Assembly: GCF_009914755.1 (NCBI RefSeq)
Contig: NC_060941.1
DNA: 64,000 bases
DNA from: the human T2T-CHM13v2.0 reference genome, Homo sapiens
Direction: 5' to 3' (one strand)
In this document: piece by piece, positions 15,666 to 29,440 of the stretch
Position numbering within the stretch: position 1 is the first letter of the stretch
Layout: the number at the start of each line of letters is the position of its first letter
Made by a program: the position numbers and the translations under genes
The notes under the pieces: model-generated
Told to the model about the DNA's origin: nothing
Database searches by the model: none
What the model saw: only the letters and a program-made list of their open reading frames with translations

Positions 15666-16299
15666 AAGCAGGTAGGGCACAGCTGGCCTTGGTCCAGGTT
15701 CTGCAGTTGCCCCTTTCCTCCACTTCTCCACTCCAACATCTTCCCACCTCACTGTGGCTCTCAGGCCCCAAGGCCCTCACAGTCTCTCCATTGTACTTTG
15801 TCAAATGTGCTTCTTGGATCTGCCCAGGGAGTTCCTTGTTGAGCAGGCCATGGGTGAATGTATTTATACATACATATGTGTGTGTGTATGCCCCACCCAC
15901 ACAGCCATGTATGCACTGAACCACAGCAGCAAGAGGCTGCTAAGAGGCGGTCTGTTCAGCCAGACAGTGCAGGAGTGCAGGCTAGAGGCGAGAAGGGAGG
16001 GTGGAGACAATGACGGTGATAACGGAGACTGAGGCCCCACGATCCCCTGGGAAAACTCACTCACACTAAGGCAAAAACAGTTAAGGGCTTGCCACACTGA
16101 CTCCCCGAGGTACCTGCTTGCTAATACGCCGTGTTATGCCCTGCAGGGCTGATCCAACATTCCCAAGAAATTCCCCCAAGAGCAAAGAAGTGCAGGCCTG
16201 GGGCACAGTAGAAGGTGCTGAAAATTATTCCTGATGTCTTTGTCATATCTTAAAAGGCCTTGTAAAGTGTGCATTCCACTTCAGAATATATTTCTTGCT

Positions 16300-17030
16300 T
16301 TTATGTGTTTACTTAAAAACATTTTAAAATCATGAAATATGTCACGCATACAAAAGAGCAAATATAATTATATGTATAGTTTACAGAAGAATAAAATAAA
16401 CACTCCTGCACCTACCTCCCAGCTGAAGGCCTAGAACACTAACAATACCTTTCCCCTACCCCGGATCTCCCCCCTTCCCCGGCACCAGGTGATTTCTCTC
16501 CTGAATATTGAGGCCATGTGCCTTTGCTTTCCTTTCACGTTTCCTTACCTAGAGATGCAAACTTACACAATTTGTGGTCAATGTATTCTGTTTTTAAACA
16601 TTTTACACCTGGGATTATCCTGTATATAGTCTTCCGTGATTTGCATTTTTGTGCAACATTTTTTTGGGGGGGCTCCATCCTGGTCCTTGCCCTTCATTGA
16701 GTCATTTTCACGGCTGGATGGAATTCTGTGGATCACGCTTCATTTGTTTTTGGTGCTTTGCTGTCCTGCCAAGAGCAGCCTCACACATGGCTAAGAGAAT
16801 CTCTAAGGTATGTGCCTAGAAATGGAATTGTGGGTTGTGGGGTTATACACACATTCATTTTACTAATAACGTTTGCATAAACCCCAGTTGGTATCAATTT
16901 ACCAACTTGACGCCAGCAGCCATGTGAGTTTCCACCAACACTTGGTGTTGTTAGACTGTGGTCTCTGCCAACCTGGTGGGCACGGAATGGTACTTTGTTG
17001 TGGTTTTATGTGTTGTTTATCATGGAAACA
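16300..17030 (-). mobile_element. Old L1M-type LINE fragments
   Basis: T-rich sequence with ATGTGCCTAGAAATGGAATTG and CACCAACACTTGGTGTTG, resembling the antisense L1 ORF2 end/3' UTR. Confidence 0.6.
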
Positions 17031-17106
17031 AAGCTGCTCACTTCAGATCACTTCATGCCTCTGCCCTCGACCACCCATGACTTCTCTCTCATTCCAAGTA
17101 GCATCC

Positions 17107-17456
17107 TGATATGGTTTGGATTTGTGTCCCCACCGAAATCTCACTTTGAATTGTAATAATCCCCATGTGTCAAGGGCAGGACCAGGCGGAGATAATTGAA
17201 TCATGGGGGTGGTTCCCCCATACCGTTCTCGTGATAGTGAGTGGGTTCTCACGAGATCTGATGATTTTATGAGTGGAAATTCCCCTGCACAAGCCCTCTT
17301 GCCTGCCACCATGTAAGATGTGGCTTTGCTCCTCATTCACCATGATGGTGAGGCCTCTCTAGCCATGTGGAACTGTGAGTCAATTAAACCTCTTTCCTTA
17401 TAAATTACCTAGTCTGGGGCATGTCTTTATTAGCAGCTTGAAAACAGGCTAATACA
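17107..17456 (+). mobile_element. THE1-family MaLR solo LTR
   Basis: TGATATGGTTTGG start, CTAATACA end, 350 bp, near-perfect 5-bp TSD (CATCC/CAGCC). Confidence 0.9.
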
Positions 17457-17499
17457 CAGCCAAAGCACTGACCACAGCTTAGAATGCCGGGATCTGTCC

Positions 17500-17980
17500 C
17501 CAAGTTCTCTCCTTCCAGCCTCACCATCTTCCACTTTCTGCTTCCCCACTCCACTTCAGCTACCTGGCCTCAGACACCCACATCTGCCTCAGGGCCTTTG
17601 CACCTGCTATCTGACCTGGAATGATCTCCTCCTCTGTCTACATGGTTTACCCCCAACAACCTTCCTTTGAGACTCGATTCCATGTCACCCGCTCCCAATG
17701 GCCACCCTCCACCATCATATCAAATAAGACCCCTGCCCCATCCTCCAAACCTCTCGCCCAGCTTCATCTCTCCTTAGAACACTTTAGTTTTTGTCATGGG
17801 CCTTATCTATAACCTATATATTATACATTCACCTTTTAACTTTTGTTTCTCTTGCTACTTTCTTCGAGGGCAGAGACGTGTGTCTTGGTTTTGTCTCTCG
17901 TTGTGTCCCCACTGCCTGGAACAGTGCTTGGCATATGGGGGTGTGCAGCAATCATTGTTTCCTGAGTGATTTGAATACTC
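17500..17980 (+). mobile_element. L2 3' fragment
   Basis: CCTCAGGGCCTTTGCACCTGCT...GCCTGGAACAGTGCTTGGCATAT resembles the L2 3' end. Confidence 0.65.
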
Positions 17981-18378
17981 AGGTAACATGAGTGCTCCAG
18001 AAAGACACATTGATGTTATCAGGAACTGTCACTTGGCCCCTAAGCATCCTGCATTCAATACCCACACCTCAGGCTGAAAATGAAGAGAAACAGGCCTATG
18101 GGTGGCATTTTAGGATTACTCCTAACCCACATGACAGCGGGCTTGTTCCCCTCCAATTGTCTTTTGTAGGAGTGGCAGCTAAGCTGCTTGGTAGGAAGGA
18201 AGCTGGCCAGCCTCCCAGGATGGGGCAGGCGCTCTGCCCTGCTGTGGGTGGGTGGGTGCGTGGGTTTGGTGCTGGAGTGGATGGTTTCAAGTCTGAGTCC
18301 CACAGATGAGGGCTGGGGGAAGGGGTCAGGAGGTCTCACCCAGGTGAGGAGAACACAGAGGTGCCCTCAGGACCTGGA

Positions 18379-18412
18379 TGTGGTGAAACGCTGGCTGTGG
18401 TGAAACGCTGGC
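18379..18412. repeat. Perfect 17-bp tandem duplication
   Basis: TGTGGTGAAACGCTGGC twice. Confidence 0.95.
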
Positions 18413-19654
18413 TCGAGGTCCTCTGCCACCTCCGGAAGGCTCTCCCAACCCTCTTAGCCATTCATCCCACATGCTGAATGCTGGAAATTTATGGTGACTT
18501 AAAAAAACACAAAGAAGAGACTCCAAGTGGGGACAGGAAGGGGCTGGGGAGGGGGGAAGATGTTTTATTGACTTCCCCTTAATTGCTGTAATTAAAAACA
18601 TGTAAAGAATCCTTTTTTAACGACTTTGCCATTATCATTAGTTGTTAGCACAGCTGCCTTATTAATTTCTCATTAGAACCCAATTCACAGTTCTCTTTGG
18701 GAAGGGGGCTGGGTGCCAGGGGTTGGCCAGCCTGGCTCCATGATAGGAGAACTGGCTGCTTAGGGCCCCAGGACAAGCCCTTGTCACCCCAGGAGACAGG
18801 AACAGCCAAGGAGGGGAGGGGCATTTGGGAAAAGTGACCATACCCCACCCTCTCTCAGAACTGTGTGCCATCTGCGTGTGTGTGTAAGGAGACAGACGGA
18901 TTGGCAGACAGGCAGCTGCAGCAGGCCTGAAGCACAGAATCCTGGGAGGGCCCCAGACTGGGGTAGGGAGAGGGGACTGAAGTGCTGAGGGTGAAAGATT
19001 TAAGGAGGCACCCACTCTTGGGGTCATGCAAGTACGGGGTGAGCACTTGAGAATGAGCACCTCCTTAAATTGGGCACCCTCACTGCCTGGTTTGCCTCAG
19101 CCTAGTCCAGCCCTGGAGAGCAGGAGTAGAGAGGGTGGCTAGGCATGTATCTACTTGGGTAGACAGATTCAAGAAGGTTGTTTCTTCCAGGACACCTTTC
19201 CTGGCTGACCTAAAGTCTATTTCTCCCTGAGTGCCGTCCAGTCTGGGGACCCACTGCAATGGTTTGTGTGCGTTGATACCATAATCCTTTCAACCACTCA
19301 GGTCAGTCCGTACTCATGGTAGCATCCTTTGTTATACAAACAATGAAAACCAAAGTTACAGAGAAGTAACTTGCCTAAGGTCACTTGTGGGAGGTGAGTC
19401 GGGATTTAAAGCCAGGGCTCACAGCTGGGGCCACGGTTACACCCTGCCAGGCAGAAGAAGGTAGACAGTGGAACTGCCAGCTGTGGAACTGGAACTGTGG
19501 GTTATTCTGCAACCCCTCTGAGCCCCAGTTTGCTCCTCTTATGTTCCTCAAACGATTTGCCTTCTAACCTCTCAGACCTGTCCTGGGAGCCCACAGAAGA
19601 AAGACATTTACACAATGGCACAGCAGGATGGATCATTTTGGAGGCTCTGGGGAA

Positions 19655-19673
19655 CCCCCCCCCCCCCCCCCCC
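19655..19673. repeat. C19 homopolymer
   Basis: 19 consecutive C. Confidence 0.95.
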
Positions 19674-21324
19674 GCTTAGGCTCTGCATCTTTGGGGGGCT
19701 CTGGGCTTCTTTGGGGGACAGTTCTTTCCAGGCTGGGCCCCATGGGTCATGACCCTGAAGGTCACTTTAACCTTGTTAACATCAGAACTGAAATGGATCT
19801 CATTTTACAGATGGGAAAACTGAGGTCCAGAGAGGGGAAGGGAGGTGCTCAAAGTCCCAAGCTAGTCAGTGCCTCGGTTGGGGCGAGAATCCACGCTTTC
19901 GGACCTCCATCCCCAAGACATGCCGTTATTTCAGGCACAAGGGCCATGCCTGGCACACGGAAGAACCCTGGAGCTCTGTGTAGGTACTTTTCATCTACTC
20001 GTCCTGCTGAGAGCAAGGAAAACGATGTGATTGGTAGAGTCTACCCCACCCCACCCGCTGGCACTAGACATTCACCCTAGGTGGGAGACCCTGTGCATTT
20101 GCAGAGCTGTTTGGACATGGATTATTACAGCCCAGGGCTGTCCCTGATTCTGTCTGAACTCTGACCCCAGCAGCTCACCCTCACCCTCCTCCCACACACC
20201 CAATTTTGATTTTTCTCTTCTTGTCCTCAAGCAGTAGAGTGGCGCTGTTTTGGAATCAGGCAGTCATGGGTTCAAATCCCAGTTTTTCCTAACTGTGTGA
20301 CTTAGACAAGGTGTGTCACCCGGCCGAGCCTCGGTTTCCTCATCTGTAACATGGAGATGGGGACTTGCACTCTGCAGGCTGGGACGAGAACCACTGTGCC
20401 CTTCCCAGCACAGTGACCCTCAGGACGAGCACTGCTATGAGTGAGAATGGTTTTGCCAAGTGCTGTGTTTCCCTAGGCCCAGAATCCCAGGGAAGTGGGG
20501 CTGGGACAGAGGATTCTTCAGCTTCTACAGCTAGAGAGGGAGGCCCCCTGGGATGAGGCCAGTGTGTCCAGCAAGGGCATGAATGGGGGAGGTATGCTTC
20601 TCTCCTTCCCATCCTGGCTGGGTGAAACCTTCCTTAGCTTGTCAGGAACTGCGTTCTTCTCAAGGGTCGGAAGGACTTCCTAGGGCTTTTCTAACTTCCT
20701 GGCTTTAGGGCCCAAAGGGCTGTGGACTGTGGTTACCACTTCACGACATTATGGAGGAAACAGCTTCACACCTGCAAAGCCGTGCACAGTAGCAGATGCA
20801 GCTTCCCAGCGCTGGTTTCAGGGAGCTGCAGCTGGTGGACAGGGGGAGGTTAACCTGGGTCTCTCTCTCTGCTCCCCCTTCAGCCACTCCAAGGTGTCCT
20901 ATTCCTTTGCCAGGGGCCTTACCCATATGTGCACAGCTGGGCAGCACAGCATGGTCCTGGTGGAACGCAGCAACATCCATGGTCTTAACCATGTCTGGGG
21001 GCACCTGGAGCTCTGGGGCTTTGAGGGGGCTGCTGGAACAGGGCAGGAATCCTACTGTGAGAGGTAGTGGAGGGGCAGGGCCGGGCTGGCAGGATGGCAC
21101 CGGGGAAGGTGCCAGCCTGCTGCATTTTGCTGGGACAGCATTTACTGAAGGCTATTCTGCTCTGTGGCCTGCTTCTCTACTTCCTTAAGGTGATAATATA
21201 GAGTATTAATTGCAGCAGTCACTCCCACTGATGCAGGGTGCACTGTTTGGGAGCTGGCTAGACGCTTTGGCACATATGAGCTCAAGAAATCCTTCCAACG
21301 AGCCTAGGAGGTCGATATTATTAA

Positions 21325-22068
<744 letters not shown>

Positions 22069-22926
22069 GACCACTCTTTTTATTAAGCCACACTGCCTGT
22101 CATGGTGATGAGCCCCCAGCCTGCCAACACTGTAAGGCACTACCCGCAAAGCCCTTTCACTGTCACCCTGGAGCTCAGCAACTCCCTGGATCTCAGAAGC
22201 TCCCTCTTGAGCCAGGCCCCCATATGTCACTGCCACTGAGGGTCATCACTGCCAGCATCACCCAGGGTGGTCCAGGGCCCTTGGAACCCGCAGTGTGGGG
22301 AAGGGGAAGCTCAGGGTACCCCCATCCCCAGGGTCTGTGCCTGGGCAGAAGCAGGTGTCAGGGTGTTAGGCAGCACAAGTCCCCTTCCATCTGCTTCTCA
22401 TGGCCTGGAAGTGCCCAGAGGGCGGGCCCAGGTCTGTCTGAGCCCTTCTCTGCAGCACCTAGGAAATGCCAGGACCTTTGCCCATGATCAGTGCAACTTG
22501 CTTGCTCGCCCTGCAGATGGGCCTGGTCACACCCCTCCCCCAGTGTGAAGGTAGAAGGACCTGTGGGTCCAGGGGAAGGGACCACACACGTGTCTGGCCT
22601 GGTGTGGAGGGAGTTCCCCCCACCCTGGGTTTGTGTGTATGTGGGAAGGAGTTTGCCTAAGGAGGGGGATCAAGGAGCTGAGTCTGGGCTCAGGGATTCC
22701 TATCACAGCCATGAAGAGAAGCATTTCAGCCACAGAAACACTGACCTCCCTTCCTTTCTCTTTTTGATTGGCAGAGCCAACCCCAGGGAGGCTGTGTCAT
22801 TTCATCTCAGGGGCTCTCAACTCCAGAAAGTTTCTACTGTCTCCTATGAGCCAAGGGCTTGGAACTTACCACCTACTCCCACCCCACAGCCTGGACTAAA
22901 TGGCATCCTGAATGGCATTTGCGACT

Positions 22927-22931
22927 GCGCG

Positions 22932-22986
<55 letters not shown>
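22927..22986. repeat. (GC)7(AC)23 compound microsatellite followed by ~420 bp of CA-rich low-complexity DNA
   Basis: Read directly from the sequence. Confidence 0.95.
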
Positions 22987-22993
<7 letters not shown>

Positions 22994-23489
22994 CTGGCCC
23001 ACACACAGGTAAACAAAGAGGCAGATTACTCCAGACATGCACATCTGAACACATAACCAATACATGTATGTGTATACACTTGCACATACTCAAATGCACA
23101 CACATGAATACATGCAATGCAAGGGCACACATTTGCACTCACTCACACTCATGCTTACAATACACATTCTCTCAAATACACAGGTGAGAGGCAGACTGGC
23201 AACAGAAACATATACCCAAGCACACATGCATGCATGCATGCAAACACACACACACACACAAATATCCTTGTGCACACACCCGCACATATACACACTCATT
23301 CTTTCCCAGACACATGTGAACAAAAAGGCCAACCAACCTGGACACAGACATTTGCACACACCCATGCACACACCTTGGCACACACTCATGCACACACACA
23401 TATGCAGTCTCTCTAGAGGCCCAGCCACAGCTTCCCCCTGCCCCCTGGACTCTCAGCACTGACTAAGCGAAGCTCCCGGGGAGCCCTCC

Positions 23490-23645
23490 AGCCGCTGACA
23501 GCTGCCTGAGATCCATCACTTTAATTCAGGGCTTTTTCTGCTCCTTGGAGTAAGTTGAGTTGCCGTTAGTGCTGATTTATGGGGACAATCCATCCTCCAC
23601 TTTTGATTACGGTTGTTTTCCGTAATTATCATAAACACTCTTTGC
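23490..23645. promoter_or_regulatory. Candidate intronic enhancer (MEIS + PBX-HOX + homeobox + FOX motifs)
   Basis: TGACAG 23496, TGATTTATGG 23573, TAATTA 23623, TAAACA 23632. Confidence 0.4.
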
Positions 23646-24270
23646 CTCACTTGAGATTTTCTTTTAGATTTCTCTCCTGCACTTCTCTTTAAGTAGCAAG
23701 CTCTCTCTTGTGCTAATTTAGAAGCATGCTCCCATGAGCTCCATATGAGAGGGTGCCTTAACAAAAATTCTGGCCTAAGGATTGCCACCCTGTTATGTCC
23801 CACAGTACAACGTGGGACTTCTCCTCCTAGGAAAACCCAGAATGCAACAGCCCATAATGAGCCTCATTTCTAGAAGACAGCAGATATTTGAGGAAGCCGG
23901 GACAGGGCTGGGAAGGTAACACTGGGTCTTAGGGGAAGAGTGTCGGTTGGTACTCTAGGACCCTGGCCCCTGAGATGCCCTGGGGTTCTTCTGAAGCTGT
24001 CTTCCCTTCCTCTTCGGAGGGAGATCCTCTGGAATTGGCGGCACGGGGGAGAAGGCCGTTACCCACAAAGGCTTGGTGAGGGCCTCCCACTTCACTCTCT
24101 GCCCCCCAGCCTTTCTGGGAACCCTGATTCATTCCTCATTCTCCCCTTCCCCTTGGAGTTTCAGCATTCACCATGAGGCACCTCCCAGCACCCCCGGAAG
24201 ATCATGGAGACCCTCAGGCTGTTATCACTCCAGGGTTGAGCGAGTTGGAGGATGGAAAATAAAAGTCATA

Positions 24271-24572
24271 CTGGGCGCGGTGGCTCACACCTGTAAACCC
24301 AGCACTTTGGGAGGCTGAGGTGGGCAGATCACTTGAGGTCAGGAGTTGGAGACCAGCCTGGCCAACATGGTGAAACCCTATCTCTACTAAAAATACAAAA
24401 AATTAGCTGGGTGTGGTGGCACATGCCTGTAATCCCAGCTACTTGGGAGGCTGAAGCAGGAGAATCACTTGAACCTGGAAGCGGAGGTTGCAGTGAGCCA
24501 AGATTGCACCACTGAACTCCAGCCTGGATGACAGAGTGAGACTCCAACTCAAAACAAAAACAAAAACAAAAT
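24271..24572 (+). mobile_element. Alu (AluSx-like)
   Basis: Full dimer; TSD AAAATAAAAGTCAT. Confidence 0.93.
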
Positions 24573-25064
24573 AAAAGTCATGGAGGCCCTGGGAAGTCTG
24601 CTGAGAAGAGGGTTGTAGCTGGAGAGGCTCAGAGTGGCCATTCTGAAGATGCCCCTTCCCAGGTGTGAGGTGGACCACAGAGGAGGCATTGGAAGCAGGT
24701 GCAAGGCCCTTTTTTGAAACACAAATCAGCTGGTCCCATTTAAAGGACACAGACAAGGCCACCCTTGTCTAAAATGAATGAAAAGCACCAGGGAGCTCTT
24801 GGCTCTCGGGACATGTGATGGGGTCACAGGGTCAGCAGATGTGCATGAGACTTACAGCTGCGTGACCTTGAAGAGGGCCTGCTACCTCTCTGGGCCTTGG
24901 TTCTACCAACTGCAAAATGAGGTTGCTGGCTGGAAGGGGCACCATGGGCACTCAGTGGGTGTTGATGGCCATGACGGGATCTGGCTCTGCCCAGGATGTG
25001 GCTGGTGGGTGCCACTCTGGCACCACAGTCGCCCCCCCTGCCCCTGGGTCCCCATTGTACTCAC

Positions 25065-25171
25065 AGGCCACCTGGACCTCGGTTTGCCGCTGCAGCAGGG
25101 CCCCCATTCGGTTCCGCACGATGCAACGGTAAAAGCCAGCGTGGGTGCGGTCCAGGCTGGTGATCATGTAT
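25065..25171 (-). CDS. SDK2: Sidekick-2 coding exon 3 (107 nt), second half of Ig1: (R)[35 protein letters not shown](Y)
   Basis: Acceptor gtcccatag|ATAC, donor GCCT|gtgagt. Carries the Ig F-strand motif HAGFYRC. Matches ORF 24952..25167. Phase 2 in, phase 1 out. Confidence 0.96.
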
Positions 25172-25661
25172 CTATGGGACAGACGAGACAGCCAGTGAGC
25201 AAGTCAGGCAGCTGCAGGGGTACAGAGGTCAGATTGGGCTCAGAGGTCAGAGGTCGCCAGGTCACCCTCTTTTGGAATAAGAGTACCAGGGAACTCTTGA
25301 CTCTCTAGCCATGTCATAGGATCACACAAAGGTCTTTATCAATAAATAGGAGGGTTCCTCCCAAAGCCAATGAGGCCTTTGCTCAGCTGCCTGGGAATTA
25401 GCCTGCCCTTCTCCAAGCAGGGAAGGTGCTGCACCCGAATCCTTGACCCTGACCCTAAGGCTGTGTCAGCTGTGTTGGAAGCAGCTATTCTCCCTGACCT
25501 GTGACTCACATGACTGAGAAAGGTGGGGGCATTTTTTTTTGTCTTTGCAGAGGACTGTGCTATATTAGTTGAAATGGATGGAGGTGACAGAGACAGGGAA
25601 ATTTACATGTTTTCCCAAATGCTCAGTATCATTCCTTTCTTAAAATTACAGACAGCCCCTG

Positions 25662-26011
25662 ATGCCCACCCAAATCTCATCCTGTAGCTCGCATAATTCC
25701 AAGTGTTGTGGGAGGAACCAGGTGGGAGATAATTGAATCATGGGAGTGGGTCTTTCCATGATGTTCTCGTGATAGTGAATAAGTCTCACGTGATCTGATG
25801 GTTTTATAATGGGGAGTTTCCCTGCACAAGTTCTCTCTCTTTGCCTTCTGCCATCCATGTAAGATGTGATTTGCTCCTCCTTGCCTTCCGCTATGACTGT
25901 GAGGGCTCCCCAGCCACATGGAACTGTGAGTCCATTAAACCTCTTTCTTTCGTAAATTGCCCAGTCTCAGGTATGTCTTTATCAGCAGCATGAAAACGGA
26001 CTAATAATACA
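25662..26011 (+). mobile_element. THE1-family MaLR LTR (5' end eroded)
   Basis: CCCACCCAAATCTCAT...GAGATAATTGAATCATGGG...AGCAGCATGAAAACGGACTAATA. Confidence 0.88.
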
Positions 26012-26999
26012 GCTGCACTGCAGCTTTTGGGCTGGCGGGGTTGGGCAGAGCCTTCTGAATAAGACAAGCTAGTGTTCTGTGGGTTCTGGGGACAGGATGT
26101 GGGACTCCAGGCTGGCCCCTTGAAAGCCCACTCCAGAAATACTTGTTACCCACAGAGCAGCAGACTCTGGCATTGGGGGGCAGGCGGCTGGGAGCAGGTG
26201 TATGTACATTCACCTAGCTGAGAGGCAAGGAGGAGGCACGTCAGTGAGAGGAGCTTCTGACAGTGGGACAGGAGTGGATGAAGGGGACCGGGGTCCAGGG
26301 GCTAGTTCTCCTGGTTCACCCTTGGTGGTCACCTTTCCCATCCCTAGGCAATGGTCCCACAGGACCCTCAGAGGAAGAAGGGATGTCCTAGGATGCCTCT
26401 CTCCAATTCATTGGTATCCTAGGGTTTGCCCAGCAGACCTGGTGGACAAGTTCCTTGACACCTGCCTCTAGGGTATCTCTAGATGTGCCAACCCTGGGAT
26501 GCAGCAGCCTTATTCCTGGGAGATGCCAGTTTGGTTTTATTAATACATGAGATCTGGCTAGGGCCTGTCATCATCATCATCTTGCCAAGAATAAAACAAC
26601 AACCACCCCTTCCGGAGCACCATCTCTGCATCAGACACTGTATTAAGTACTTTTCATACGTTTCTTCATTTCACACAGCAGTTCCCAGCCTATTGAATAT
26701 CATGAACCAGTAACACTTAAAAAAGTGGGACCAACATGAGACTGTGAACTTCTTCTTTTGCCAAGATTATTAAAACCAACCAACCAGAAAGCAAACAGAC
26801 AAATAATCAGGCAACAACAACAAAAACACTTAAAAAGGGATAATATTAAAAAGTGCCAGGGAAAGAAAAATAAATAGAAATGGTCAGCATTTAATTTAAA
26901 AAGGACATTTCTGGGATGACAAAAAACTCCTAATCTCAGCATAAAGGCATTTTAAAAACATTTTTCCTTCTTTATATTAAAAAAAGAAACTTTTTGAAA

Positions 27000-27119
27000 A
27001 AAGAGATGGGGGTCTTTCTATGTTTCTCAGGCTGGTCTTGAATTCTTTGGCACAAGCAATCCTCCCACCTCTGCCTTCCAAAGCGCTAGGATTACAGGCA
27101 TGAGCCACCGCACCCAGCC
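27000..27119 (-). mobile_element. FLAM/Alu monomer
   Basis: Single antisense Alu arm. Confidence 0.75.
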
Positions 27120-27819
27120 AATTTTTAACAAATTTTTAAACTTAAATTTTACACAAAGCCCACTACCCTGACTTTTATGAGGACAGTTGCAAACTGTCAT
27201 CAGTCAGCACTTGAGAGCCTGTGACTTAATCTCCACACTAACCCTACTAGCACCTTCTTTCTAGAGGTGGAGAAGTTGAGGCTCAGAAATATCTTGTCAG
27301 TAACCTGTAAGTTTCACACATTGTAAGAGGCAAAGTCCCACAGAGCCTTTCAGACTCCAAGCCTGGCTGTGAAGCTGAGGTCACATCCCAAGGGCCCCAC
27401 CCTCCATCCTGGGTCTGTGCAGGGCTGACTCACAACTGGCCACGTGCCAAGTTTGCTCTGGCTCTGCAGCATTTTCCAGAACCTTCTGGCTGCCCAAGCC
27501 CCTTATCTCTGCCACCGGCTGCAGCTCTTATCTGTCTCTTGCTACTGTGCGCAGTGTGATGGCGGGGAGACAGCAGTGCCCAAGCTCTGGTAAATCTCTC
27601 TTCCTCCGTTCACCTCATCTTCAAATCCACCCTCAGCCCTCTCTCCTGTTTGCGTCCCCTCTCTCCCGAGGCGAGGGGAGGCCACTGTGGGGGAACTGTC
27701 TGAGTCTGTAAAGTGATGGGGTGACCCTAGAGGGGAGATGGAAGAAGAGATGGGCCGGAAAAGCTCTCTGCCTTTGGAAATGGAATCAGATATTATTAAA
27801 AAGCACCAGAGAGAGGAAA

Positions 27820-29440
<1,621 letters not shown>

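Noticed and set aside
14656-15752. Cys/Met/Tyr/Val-rich ORFs
   Set aside because: Translation of a TG/TA-rich tandem repeat.
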